Positions 1 through 9,456 of a stretch of 64,000 nucleotides of DNA are shown here, in pieces; the stretch's first letter is position 1; each line of letters starts with the position of its first letter. The DNA comes from Thermoproteota archaeon. Its GTDB lineage: Archaea > Thermoproteota > Methanomethylicia > Methanomethylicales > Methanomethylicaceae. The notes below the pieces were generated by a model, which worked only from the letters and a program-made list of their open reading frames with translations, did no database searches and was not told the DNA's origin. The position numbers and the translations under genes are program-made. Location: positions 107,884-171,883 of the forward strand of contig VGLU01000002.1 of assembly GCA_016882195.1 (NCBI GenBank). Direction: 5' to 3'.

Positions 1-483
1 ACTTTAGAGAGAACCTCCGCCCTCTGCAGGGCCGTGTTCCCGCCGCCCACTATCGCAACGCTCTTGTTGGCAGTCAGGTCTATGTCGCAGGTGAGGGAGG
101 TGTTTATGCCCTTTCCCAAGAACTTCTCCTCCCCGGGCGCGTTCAGACTCCTGGGCATCCTGCCCCCAGTGATGATGACCGTTCTGCTCAGGAAGTCCCC
201 AACCGTGCTGTGCACCCTGAAGAGGCTCCCTTCCTTCTCGACCTTCTTGACCTCGCCTATCATTATCTCCGCGCCGTACCTCCTGGCCTGCTGCTCAAAG
301 ATTATCGCCAGGCGGGGGCCGCTCTTCCCAGTATACCCGAGGTAGTTCTCAATGTTCTCGGTGAGCACAACCTGCCCCCCGATATCCATGGTTATTACAA
401 GCGTCTTTAGAAGTCTCCTCCTTGCGTAAATTGCAGCCGTCAAACCTGCGGGACCTGCGCCGACGATAATTACATCATAAATA
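1..483 (-). CDS. Thioredoxin-reductase-like FAD/NAD(P)-binding oxidoreductase, partial (3' end beyond window edge); TTG start
   Basis: Minus-strand translation from TTG at 481-483 reads MDDIYDVIIVGAGPAGLTAAIYARR...VAIVGGGNTALQRAE: two Rossmann GxGxxG/GGGN motifs typical of TrxB-type pyridine nucleotide-disulfide reductases. The ORF runs off position 1. Plus-strand ORFs 34..345 and 210..410 are antisense to it. Confidence 0.6.
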
Positions 484-523
484 TCATCCAATCAACTCAC
501 CGCTGGCTGAAGTTATCCTGATG

Positions 524-862
524 TTATCTTCTCTCGGTTTTAAATATATCCATAACCTTTTCGAATGCTGGCGCCCCCACAACAACATCGGGGATGATTG
601 CCATCTGCATACAGCTCTCTACACATAGATGGCAGTAGAGGCAGCGGAAGGGACTATACTCTATTCTCTTTTCATCTGGAAAAATTTTAATGGCTAATGA
701 GGGGCAGACCCTCTCGCAATCTTGACAAAGGTCGCATTTCTTCATGTCGAAGGTGATCTTTCCCCTGGTCCCAGGCACTGGCTCTGGCTTGACGTATGGA
801 TACCTCACCGTAGCCGGCTTCGTTATCAGGGACTTCAGCACTTTACTAAGCATTTTTGGCAT
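524..862 (-). CDS. echF: Ech-type hydrogenase 2x[4Fe-4S] ferredoxin subunit (EchF/NuoI-like)
   Basis: Two CxxCxxCxxxCP motifs (CDLCQDCERVCP, CLYCHLCVESC). Likely start MPKMLSK with ATG at 860-862. Last gene of the ech operon. Confidence 0.75.
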   Translation of the reverse strand: MPKMLSKVLKSLITKPATVRYPYVKPEPVPGTRGKITFDMKKCDLCQDCERVCPSLAIKIFPDEKRIEYSPFRCLYCHLCVESCMQMAIIPDVVVGAPAFEKVMDIFKTERR

Positions 863-875
863 CTGATCTTCCCTC

Positions 876-1973
876 CTACCGCTCAGTGCACGCAACGCAG
901 GGGTCAACCGAGAGTAATACAGGCGGTATATCCGCCACCTCATGATCAACCAGCATGGTAACAAGCGCGGGAATATTCGCCAGCGTCGGGGTCCGTATCC
1001 TGCACCGCTCAAGTTTGTTCGTGCCATTGCCCGCGACGTAGTAGAAGAGCTCTCCCCTCGGTTGCTCGATCCTAGTAATCGCCGTGCCTCGGGGAAATAC
1101 CGTGTTCTTCTGCAATATTGGACCATTCGGCATCTGGTTTAGCGCTCTATTTATCAGGTCAATGGACTGGTAGATCTCACCAATCCGCACCAGCATGCGG
1201 GAATAGGCATCCTCCATATCATATACCACAGGCTTGAAATCAAGGTATGAGTAGGCTTCGTAACCCAGGGTGCGCATATCCTGGGGGATGCCGCTCCCCC
1301 TAACGGTTGGACCAACGGCTCCCAGAAGGGAGGTTTTGTTCTTGGGAAGGATCCCCTTACCAACCAATCTTGCCTGCACCCCCCTGTCCTTGACGAAGAC
1401 CGGTGCCAGATTGTCCATTCTCTTCTTCAGCTCGGCGAGGCTGGAACGGTACTCGGCTATCAGCCTATCGTCCATGTCTTTTTTGACACCGCCGATGGTG
1501 CACGTTGACAGTTGGATGCGGTGACCAGCGGTTTTTTCATTCAGCCGCAGTACTATCTCCCGGTCTCGCCAAAGGTGCATGAAGAGGCTCTCGAAGCCGA
1601 TGGAATCCACGAACAATCCCAGCCATAGAAGGTGGCTCTGTAGACGCCCGAGCTCTGACCATATCGTGCGCAGGTACTTCGCCCTCTCCGGCACCTCTGT
1701 GTCCGTTATCATCTCTATCGACTCGCAGTAGGCCATGGCGTGCATGAAGTTGCAAATGCCACAGATCCGTTCACAGAGGGTCACATTCCGTTTGTAATCA
1801 TTCAGCTCACATGCCCGCTCCACAGCTCTGTGGACGTAGCCTATATTCGGGACGACGTCCACGATGCGCTCCCCCTCAAACTTGAACCTTAGCTGCACCG
1901 GCTCGGGCAGAACCGGGTGCTGGGGTCCAAAGGGAATGACGGTATTCACATTAACTACTGTGCCTTCATTCAT
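876..1973 (-). CDS. echE: Ech-type [NiFe] hydrogenase large subunit (NuoD/EchE-like)
   Basis: N-terminal RICGICNFMH and C-terminal DPCVACTER, the two CxxC pairs that ligate the NiFe centre. Probable start MNEGTVVNVN with ATG ending at 1973; the ORF track extends further 5' to 2180. Confidence 0.85.
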   Translation of the reverse strand: MNEGTVVNVNTVIPFGPQHPVLPEPVQLRFKFEGERIVDVVPNIGYVHRAVERACELNDYKRNVTLCERICGICNFMHAMAYCESIEMITDTEVPERAKYLRTIWSELGRLQSHLLWLGLFVDSIGFESLFMHLWRDREIVLRLNEKTAGHRIQLSTCTIGGVKKDMDDRLIAEYRSSLAELKKRMDNLAPVFVKDRGVQARLVGKGILPKNKTSLLGAVGPTVRGSGIPQDMRTLGYEAYSYLDFKPVVYDMEDAYSRMLVRIGEIYQSIDLINRALNQMPNGPILQKNTVFPRGTAITRIEQPRGELFYYVAGNGTNKLERCRIRTPTLANIPALVTMLVDHEVADIPPVLLSVDPCVACTER

Positions 1974-3735
1974 TCCAATCGCACCTCCAGCAACGGTTAG
2001 CCTCTTTGGTAGCCTCCTCCTTACTGAAGCCGAGCTCCACCTCATCAAAACTCTTGATCCGCTCAGCCATAGGAAGAACGCGGGTTGGCACTGGTGTCCT
2101 CTCAAGGATCTCTGAGCTCTTACAAGGCTTGCATACCAATTCACCCAAGTCGATGGACGGCTGGGGAAGACCCTTCCCACCGAGATACTTGTCGATGTAC
2201 GAGGCCGCTATTCTTCCGTCCTTGATGCAATCGATGACAGATGTAGGTCCAGTCATGGCGTCCCCGCCTGCCCACACCCCTTGGACACTCGTTTCGTAGG
2301 TCTCTTCATTTACAACAATGCGTCCTGCCTTGTCCACCCTCAAGCCAAAGTCTTTTGGAATCTCGACAGCTTGTCCGATTGCCTTAATGACCGTGTCAAC
2401 CTCCACCACGAATTCGCTGCCTTCTATCGGCACAAATCTGCGTCTACCGCTCTCGTCAGGCTCACCCATCCTCATGTTTTGAAATATGACCTTCAAGGGC
2501 TTGCTAGGAATGATTTTTACTGGTGACCCAAGAAACCTTAAAGAAACCCCTTCCTCCATCGCAGCCTCAACTTGTTCCGGCGTTGCAGGCATCTCTTCCC
2601 GCGATCTTCTATAGAAGATGGTAACATCTTTGGAGCCAAGCCGCTTCGCCATCCTCGCGGCGTCTACAGCACCGTTTCCACCACCTATTACGGCGACTCG
2701 ATCGCCCAGTTCAGGCCTTTCATTATGAACATTTACGGCAAAGAGAAAATTCACGCATTCAAGCACACCAGGAGAATCCTCTCCCTCAACCATGAGCCTC
2801 ATGCTCTTCCAGGCCCCAGTGCCGACGTAGATCGCGTCGAAACCCTTCTTGAACAACGCGTCCAAGTTGGTAATCTCAACTCCAGTTTCGAGTTTAACGC
2901 CCGCCTCCTCGAACCGCGCCATTACTTCTGCCTCTAGAATATTCCTGGGCAACCTGTACTTCGGTATGAACACAAACATCGCGCCCCCGCACCGCTCCAG
3001 CTTCTCGTAGACCGTTACGCTGTGCCCGAGCATCCCAAGGTAGAATGCGGCTGTTATGCCCGAGGGTCCCGCTCCTACCACCGCAACTTTTTTGCCAGTC
3101 GGCTCCATCCTCTTTACGTCGCGTTTAAGGCTACTCAACGCATCCGCCGCGTACCTCTTCAACAGCCGATTCTGTAGAGGTTTATCGTTTTTGTCCTGCC
3201 TACACCCCTCCTCGCACGGAGCAAAGCAGACTCTTCCGAGGATTGCGGGCAGGGGTGCCTGTTCTATAACCGTGTTGTAGGCTCCCTCGGGATCGCCCAA
3301 TGCTGTCTGCCGGACATATTTCGGGACGTTCACCATGGCTGGGCACTTCTCGCGGCACCTACCGAAGAACCTCATAATCGGAGGGCACTCGCCAACAACA
3401 GGCTTCAGCAGAGTCGTGGCGGACGCCGACTCCACCTTTAACATCCTGCCACCGTAATCCACATTGAGGCCTGAGATCTTGAGATTGAACAGGTCTTGTG
3501 CCTCGTTTTCGGCGATGAAGGCCGCGCTGTAGACGCCGGTGATACTGGATAACGGCTCTTCCTTATCGGTCCTCATTTTAAGATTAATAACCTCCCTTCC
3601 CTTCTCGAAGTGGTAAATCACCTCGAGCTGTTTGCCCAAATCAAGAACTGTTATGGTGAGAAATCTGGCGTCCTCCGCTCTGAGCTTGTCCAACTCTGCG
3701 AAAATGCTCGCCTTGTCGGTCAATATTTCCTGCAT
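1966..3735 (-). CDS. Fusion protein: NuoC/EchD-like domain (N-terminal ~120 aa) plus GltD/NfnB/SudA-like FAD- and NAD(P)H-binding iron-sulfur oxidoreductase (~470 aa)
   Basis: N-terminus MQEILTDK...LTITVLDLGKQLEVIYHF matches the NuoC 30 kDa family. The remainder has a Cys-rich Fe-S region (GECPP...CREKCP...CFAPCEEGC) followed by VAVVGAGPSGITAAFYL and VAVIGGGNGAVDAA dinucleotide-binding motifs, as in glutamate synthase small chain / NfnB. Start ATG ends at 3735. Confidence 0.8.
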   Translation of the reverse strand: MQEILTDKASIFAELDKLRAEDARFLTITVLDLGKQLEVIYHFEKGREVINLKMRTDKEEPLSSITGVYSAAFIAENEAQDLFNLKISGLNVDYGGRMLKVESASATTLLKPVVGECPPIMRFFGRCREKCPAMVNVPKYVRQTALGDPEGAYNTVIEQAPLPAILGRVCFAPCEEGCRQDKNDKPLQNRLLKRYAADALSSLKRDVKRMEPTGKKVAVVGAGPSGITAAFYLGMLGHSVTVYEKLERCGGAMFVFIPKYRLPRNILEAEVMARFEEAGVKLETGVEITNLDALFKKGFDAIYVGTGAWKSMRLMVEGEDSPGVLECVNFLFAVNVHNERPELGDRVAVIGGGNGAVDAARMAKRLGSKDVTIFYRRSREEMPATPEQVEAAMEEGVSLRFLGSPVKIIPSKPLKVIFQNMRMGEPDESGRRRFVPIEGSEFVVEVDTVIKAIGQAVEIPKDFGLRVDKAGRIVVNEETYETSVQGVWAGGDAMTGPTSVIDCIKDGRIAASYIDKYLGGKGLPQPSIDLGELVCKPCKSSEILERTPVPTRVLPMAERIKSFDEVELGFSKEEATKEANRCWRCDWNE

Positions 3736-3736
3736 T

Positions 3737-4183
3737 TTATCTCCCCTCAACCTTTTTCTTGCCCTTCTCGGCAAGCTTCTGCAGGCCAAGTATGAAGCCA
3801 TCGATGATCTGCTCAGGACGAGCGGCACAGCCGGGCACGTAGACATCCACAGGGACCACCTTATCCACGCCGCCAAGCACGTTCGGGCAGTTGTAGAAGA
3901 CACCGCCTGTGGATCCGCATGAACCCACAACGATTACAACTTTAGTTTCAGGCATCTGATCATAGAGGTTCTTTAGGACTCTGAAGTTTCTTCTGTTCGC
4001 CGGGCCAGTAACAAGCAGCACATCCGCCTGCTTGGGGTTACCTATGTTTATGATCCCAAAACGCTCAACATCAAATCTTGGCGCCAGGGCTGCCAGGATT
4101 TCAATATCGCAACCATTGCAGCTTCCGCAGTTGAAGTGTAGAACCCAAGGGGACTTGACCCTGGCCTTGTTCATTATGTCCAT
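3737..4183 (-). CDS. echC: Ech-type hydrogenase small subunit (NuoB/EchC-like)
   Basis: NCGSCNGCDIE and GSCGSTGG...VYVPGCAARP motifs of NuoB/hydrogenase-3 small subunit. GGAGGGG RBS ahead of ATG at 4181-4183. Confidence 0.8.
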   Translation of the reverse strand: MDIMNKARVKSPWVLHFNCGSCNGCDIEILAALAPRFDVERFGIINIGNPKQADVLLVTGPANRRNFRVLKNLYDQMPETKVVIVVGSCGSTGGVFYNCPNVLGGVDKVVPVDVYVPGCAARPEQIIDGFILGLQKLAEKGKKKVEGR

Positions 4184-4184
4184 C

Positions 4185-5057
4185 TCAGACCCCTCCCAAG
4201 AGAAATAGGGCAACGAGGTTTGCCAAGATCAGCGTGAAACCAAAGGTCCAGGTCGTCTTCAGCATCCTCTGCCACGTAAGTCTAGGATAGATGTTGTCAA
4301 CGACAAGGGAGACGAAGAATAGAAGGAGGGCCAGCCCAACCCCAATTAGTAAGTTCGGTGCCCAGAAGTATGCCATTATAGACAGTATGAGCATCATCTT
4401 GACCCAATGCCCCAGCTCGACCATCGCCATCGTATAGCCAGAGAACTCGGTGAAGACGCCGCGCACTATCTCCTGATGGGCGTGCATAGACGCAGAGATA
4501 TCGAATGGAGACTTCTTCATCTCTACAATAAGCACAAACCCCATGGCGACGAATACCCCGGGAAGAAGCAGGAGCAATGGATATGCCAAGGAGAATATGC
4601 CTCCTACGAGGAAGCTGCGCGTTGCAAAGTAGATGCTGATGATGGACATTATCATAACAGGCTCATATGACAACACCGATAGAAGCTCTCTCATCCCTCC
4701 TATGTGGCTATATGGCGACTTTGAGTTGAAGCTGGCAGCTACTAGGCAGACGTCTGCCGTGGCAACTGTGAATAGCAGCAGTAGTAGATCCAGCCTGAAA
4801 ACCAAAATTGCTGCAGCCATCAGCGAAAAGCCCAAATACCCGAAGGCAAGAACAGGCTGAAACTGGCTGGTGATGAACGGTTTCTTCCCCCAGAGCTTTA
4901 TGACATCATAAAAGGGCTGAAGAACCGGGGGACCGATTCTGCTCTGCATGTGCGCAGTGATCTTCCTATCGATGCCCCTGAGTAATCCTCCAATGAAGGG
5001 AAAGGCCGCCAAGAGCAGCACGGGGAGGGCATAGCTCAATACTGGATCGGGCATCAA
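4185..5057 (-). CDS. echB: Ech-type hydrogenase membrane subunit (NuoH/EchB-like)
   Basis: GIDRKITAHMQSRIGPP motif of the NuoH/HycD family; multi-TM protein. Confidence 0.8.
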   Translation of the reverse strand: MMPDPVLSYALPVLLLAAFPFIGGLLRGIDRKITAHMQSRIGPPVLQPFYDVIKLWGKKPFITSQFQPVLAFGYLGFSLMAAAILVFRLDLLLLLFTVATADVCLVAASFNSKSPYSHIGGMRELLSVLSYEPVMIMSIISIYFATRSFLVGGIFSLAYPLLLLLPGVFVAMGFVLIVEMKKSPFDISASMHAHQEIVRGVFTEFSGYTMAMVELGHWVKMMLILSIMAYFWAPNLLIGVGLALLLFFVSLVVDNIYPRLTWQRMLKTTWTFGFTLILANLVALFLLGGV

Positions 5058-7015
5058 AACATCACCATCAAAAACAGTAGCGCCAACAGTAGCGTCCCTC
5101 CAACCAGAGCGTATTTGTTCAAACGCCCCTCGCCTATTGAATCGAAGGACATTACGGAGACCTGAAATTCGGCCTCTGTGTCAGCCATAGTCCTGAACGC
5201 CGAGGGGTTACCCTCAACGTTCTCCCCTCCCAAGAAGGGCGGTTTCACAACGCCGCCCTTAGATTTTGCTACCGCAAAGCCAGCGATGAAAATAACCCCT
5301 ACTGCAAGCCAAAAAAGCAAGACTGGGAATGAGCCGATGGTGGTGTTTATGCTGAACAGCGGAGCCCCGATTTGAACAGAATAGCCTCCTCCAACGGTTG
5401 GGTTAACGAGATTGCTGATAAAGAAGGCTGCACCCACGCTGATGAAAAGATCTAATGACAGCAAACTCAGCAGAGAGAGCAGATAGGGGGGATGAAGTTT
5501 TTCGGCCCTCAGTTTCGTTTCTTTTACGGGAAGAATTATGAGACGTCCCAACCACCTTGCCCAGAAAAGAGTTGTAGTAGCGCTACCGATGACCATAAAA
5601 ATGATTAATAAAAATACTATTGAAGGCGGTGATGAAGCGATAACTTCCAGAGCCGCCCACTTACCGAGCAGCATGCCGAATGGGGGCAAGAACATGCTTA
5701 TCATCCCAACAATCATTATGATCGCTGTCAGCGGAAACCTTCCCAGAAGCCCCTCCCAACTCTCTATGTTCTGGCTGTGCAACCGGTTCTCAACCACGCC
5801 GGCTCCCATGAATAACAACCCTTTCGAAATTGCGTGAAATAGAAGCAGGATTAGTGCTGCCGAGTACGCTAGCGGCGTGTTTAATCCTGCGCACAATATG
5901 ATTAGACCGAGGTTGCTGATTGTGGAATAGGCTAGAATTCTCTTGGAACCCCTTTGGCTAATCGCCAACACCGCTGTTAGCATGAAGGTAAAAGCACCCA
6001 CGAGGACGACGGCCCACGTTAAATGAGTGTCCTTGATCGCGGGTGCGATCCTCAAGATCAGATAGACACCGGCATTCACCATCGTGCTTGCGTGGAGGAG
6101 AGCTGAGACCGGTGTGGGGGCAACCATTGCGCCCAGAAGCCAGCCATGAAATGGGAACTGGGCTGACTTTGTGAATGCCGCCAATGCCATAAAGGCGAAG
6201 CTGAGCAGGAGTATGGGCGCCGCGCCGGCCATGAGCAGTTCGTTAAGGGCTATGCTTCCAATGGCGTAGTAGCTAACGAAAAGCGAGGCGCTCAGGGCGA
6301 CCCCCCCCGTGAGATTCATCCAAAGGGCAACCGCGGCATTTTTCTCGGCCTCCTTTGTCCTATCGTGTCTTATGAGTTCATAGCAGCAAAGAGTAGTAAC
6401 CTCCCAGAAGAAGGCTAGCCAGAGGATATTGTTGGAGTATATTAGGCCGTTCATGGCACCAAGGAAGAGCAGCAGGAAGAAGAAAAACCTGGGTTGCCTG
6501 CTCCTCGAAAGCTGTAAAATTTCTTCATGTTCATCCATGTAGCTCAGAGCATAGACGCATATCATAGAACCCACAATGTTCACAATCAGGCTCATGAAAA
6601 TGGAGAGGTTGTCCACCATCAGAGCTGGCTCGACACTGACTCCAATTGCGGAATACTCGAAGTATGCGACGAGCAAGATCTGTAGCAGAGTAAGTCCGAT
6701 TACCAAGACGTTCTTTATCCTGAACCCTACATACAGAAAGTATGCTACCAAACAGAAGCCGAGGATAAGTGCACTCATCTCAACTAGGTAATTTGGAGAG
6801 TAGACGAAACCTCCACTGTAGAACAGCAGAAGAGAAGAGGCGATTAATGAGGCGGCCATGATGGCGATTATGGCTCTTCTGATGCCTCTCCCAGTTAGTC
6901 CTAGGCATGCTAACCCCATGATCAAGGGCAGGAGCACGTTTGTTGCTACAATGAGTTCGCCATACATCCAAACAACACCGAATAATTTGAAATGTCTATA
7001 CCGTTCTTTACACAA
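5054..7015 (-). CDS. echA: Ech-type hydrogenase antiporter-like membrane subunit (NuoL/MnhA/EchA-like)
   Basis: 653-aa polytopic membrane protein with NuoL/Mrp-antiporter-like helices. First gene of the ech operon. Confidence 0.75.
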   Translation of the reverse strand: MCKERYRHFKLFGVVWMYGELIVATNVLLPLIMGLACLGLTGRGIRRAIIAIMAASLIASSLLLFYSGGFVYSPNYLVEMSALILGFCLVAYFLYVGFRIKNVLVIGLTLLQILLVAYFEYSAIGVSVEPALMVDNLSIFMSLIVNIVGSMICVYALSYMDEHEEILQLSRSRQPRFFFFLLLFLGAMNGLIYSNNILWLAFFWEVTTLCCYELIRHDRTKEAEKNAAVALWMNLTGGVALSASLFVSYYAIGSIALNELLMAGAAPILLLSFAFMALAAFTKSAQFPFHGWLLGAMVAPTPVSALLHASTMVNAGVYLILRIAPAIKDTHLTWAVVLVGAFTFMLTAVLAISQRGSKRILAYSTISNLGLIILCAGLNTPLAYSAALILLLFHAISKGLLFMGAGVVENRLHSQNIESWEGLLGRFPLTAIIMIVGMISMFLPPFGMLLGKWAALEVIASSPPSIVFLLIIFMVIGSATTTLFWARWLGRLIILPVKETKLRAEKLHPPYLLSLLSLLSLDLFISVGAAFFISNLVNPTVGGGYSVQIGAPLFSINTTIGSFPVLLFWLAVGVIFIAGFAVAKSKGGVVKPPFLGGENVEGNPSAFRTMADTEAEFQVSVMSFDSIGEGRLNKYALVGGTLLLALLFLMVMF

Positions 7016-7055
7016 GAAAGTTAGTTATATGCTTAGTTATGTCGCTGGCTTACCA

Positions 7056-7292
7056 TCACTTCTTACCCAAGATCTTTGGACCTGGGGGAACCGTCCCGGG
7101 ACCTACAATGGAGTTGGTGACTATGGCGAAGCTCGTATACGCTGCGCACCCGGCGGTGAGGAAGCCGATGTAACCACCCAGTTGCGTCAGGCCTGCGTTT
7201 GCGAAGCTCAGCAGGAAGGCCGTGAATGCGAATGCCGCCAGCCCGAGCGGTGCTGGGTCGGCCAGTGGAGCCTTCTCCATTGGGCTACTCAT
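7056..7292 (-). pseudogene. Truncated SatP/YaaH (GPR1/FUN34) acetate-transporter-like ORF, 78 aa versus ~190 aa expected
   Basis: ADPAPLGLAAFAFT matches the N-P-[AV]-P-[LF]-G-L-x-[GSA]-F family signature, with N replaced by D. Only about 2 TM helices, then a Pro/Gly-rich tail. The downstream echA starts at 7015, so there is no room for the remaining helices. Confidence 0.45.
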
Positions 7293-9259
7293 TACTTAGT
7301 CGCCCCCATCTCCTCTATACTGCGCATTTCGGCCTTGAACTCTTCATAAGCCTTCTTTGCCTCTTCCACGCTGGTTGCGTCCTCGAGCGTCGTTGTATCA
7401 CCGATGCTCCTTTCTTCTACGACCGCCCCTATTACCCTCCTCATTATCTTGCCGCTGCGGGTTTTTGGCAGTTTGTTGACAAAGTAAAGCGACTGTGGGG
7501 CAGCTATCGGTCCGATGCTCTGCCTAATGTGGTTAACAAGCTCGGTTCTCAATTGTGGTGAGGCAACATGCCCCGGCCTGAGTATGACAAAGGCAACAGG
7601 GACCTGCATCTTTATCGGATCAGCCTTACCTATTACTGCAGACTCCGCCACGGCGGGGTGCGATATCAGTGCATCCTCCAGCTCGATGGTCCCGATCCTG
7701 TGACCTGCCACCTTGAGCACCTCATCTGCCCTGCCTAGTAGCCAGAAGTAGCCGTCCTCGTCCTTCATGGCGAAGTCTCCAGGGTAGTAGAAGCCAGGGA
7801 ACTTGGTGAAGTAGGTGCTCTTGAACCTCTCGTGGTCGCCCCACAGGGTTATGAACTGGCCTGGCCATGGCTTCCTTATCACGAGCAGCCCCTTCTCGTT
7901 GGGCTTGGCTATCCTTCTATCCTCGGTGTACACATCAGCGTCCACTCCCGGCAAGGGGAAGGTGGCTGAACCCGGTTTGAGCGGGACGAGTGCAAGACCA
8001 GGCTGAGGGGTGATCATGATCCCGCCCGTCTCGGTCTGCCACCAGGTGTCGACTATTGGGGTCCTTTCGCGACCTATGTACTTGTAGTACCAGTTCCATG
8101 CCTCGGGGTTGATGGGCTCGCCGACGGTACCGAGTATCCTGAGGGTGGAGAGGTCGTGTTTCTTAGCCCACTCCTCTCCGTACTTCATGTGCATTCTTAT
8201 TGAAGTGGGGGAGGTGTAAAAGATGGTGATTCCGTACCTCTCAACCATGTCCCACCACCTGTCTGGATGGGGGTAGTCGGGAGCACCCTCGTATAAGAAA
8301 GAGGTGACGCCGCTGATCAATGGACCGTAAACGATGTAGGTGTGACCGGTGATCCAACCGATATCTGCGGCGCACCAGTAAATGTCTTTGTCATTTACGT
8401 CAAATACCACCTTCTGGGTGAAGTCGGCCCAAACCATGTAACCCGCGGTGCCGTGCGTGGCCCCCTTCGGCTTCCCAGTTGTACCAGAGGTATAAAGGAT
8501 GAAGCTGGGGTGTGTCCCCTCAAGCCTCTCGGGCTCAACGTATGGGTCGGCGGACCCGACCAATTCGTGGTACCACATGTCTCTATCCTCCACCATGTTG
8601 ATCAGGTTGTGCCCTCTCCTCACAGCCAAGACCTTCTCTACTGTAGTGGTATGCTTGAGCGCTTCGTCCACGACCGCTTTGAGCTCAACGGTTTTGCCTC
8701 GCCTGTAACCTTCGTCAGCCGTTATGATCATTTTACTCTGTGAGTCGTTGACTCTATCAGCGATTGCCTGGGAGGTGAAGCCCGCGAATATAACGGAGTG
8801 GATCGCCCCAATCCTGACAGCCGCGAGCATACTGATCACCAACTCAGGGATCATGGGCATATATATCGTCACCCTGTCTCCCTTCCTTACCCCAAGCCTC
8901 TTGAGGATCGACGAAAACCTGTTTACTTCTCTGAATAGATCATAGTAGGTTAGAGTCCGCTTGTCTCCATTCTCTCCCTCCCAGTAGAAGGCCACCTTGT
9001 TCTTTCTCCAACTCCCCACATGCCGGTCCAATGCGTTGTATGAGATGTTTGTCCTCCTTATCGGGAACCACTTGGCGTATGGAGGCTCATCGATGGGCTG
9101 ATACGCGGGGCCATTTTTTTCGTACCAGAAGAGGTCATCAGCAAATTTCTGCCAGAAGGTCTCTGGGTCCTGTAAACTCTGCTTATGAACATCCTTCAGG
9201 ATGTTTACATCGGGATGAATAGTCCTCGATGTGGGCAGGACACCTAAAATTTTATCCAA
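7292..9259 (-). CDS. acs: Acetyl-CoA synthetase (AMP-forming)
   Basis: YTSGTTGKPKG, WWQTETGG, YYPGDFA and PKTRSGKIMRR motifs; 655 aa. Confidence 0.9.
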   Translation of the reverse strand: MDKILGVLPTSRTIHPDVNILKDVHKQSLQDPETFWQKFADDLFWYEKNGPAYQPIDEPPYAKWFPIRRTNISYNALDRHVGSWRKNKVAFYWEGENGDKRTLTYYDLFREVNRFSSILKRLGVRKGDRVTIYMPMIPELVISMLAAVRIGAIHSVIFAGFTSQAIADRVNDSQSKMIITADEGYRRGKTVELKAVVDEALKHTTTVEKVLAVRRGHNLINMVEDRDMWYHELVGSADPYVEPERLEGTHPSFILYTSGTTGKPKGATHGTAGYMVWADFTQKVVFDVNDKDIYWCAADIGWITGHTYIVYGPLISGVTSFLYEGAPDYPHPDRWWDMVERYGITIFYTSPTSIRMHMKYGEEWAKKHDLSTLRILGTVGEPINPEAWNWYYKYIGRERTPIVDTWWQTETGGIMITPQPGLALVPLKPGSATFPLPGVDADVYTEDRRIAKPNEKGLLVIRKPWPGQFITLWGDHERFKSTYFTKFPGFYYPGDFAMKDEDGYFWLLGRADEVLKVAGHRIGTIELEDALISHPAVAESAVIGKADPIKMQVPVAFVILRPGHVASPQLRTELVNHIRQSIGPIAAPQSLYFVNKLPKTRSGKIMRRVIGAVVEERSIGDTTTLEDATSVEEAKKAYEEFKAEMRSIEEMGATK

Positions 9260-9436
9260 TACTCATCACCCTTATCTTTTACCGGCGGTTGCCGGACTCA
9301 GACTTTGTGTCGGCAATTTTCGCATCCGAAGCCTTCTGTTTACAGAACAGCAAAATTTCGTTTAATCGTAGGTACATTTCCTTTGCCATAGGTCGAACCC
9401 TGCGTTGTCATACTATATAAACGTTTTCTGCAATTT

Positions 9437-9456
9437 ATAATTATAAATAATTACAA
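9437..9456. promoter_or_regulatory. Tandem direct repeat ATAATTATAA-ATAATTACAA in the divergent acs / usp-actP promoter region
   Basis: Two abutting copies of the 10-mer ATAATTAYAA. The same pair recurs at 14175-14200. Confidence 0.4.

Noticed and set aside
34-410. Two plus-strand ORFs (103 aa, 66 aa) at the window start
   Set aside because: They are antisense to the partial TrxB-like gene, whose Rossmann motifs are unambiguous.
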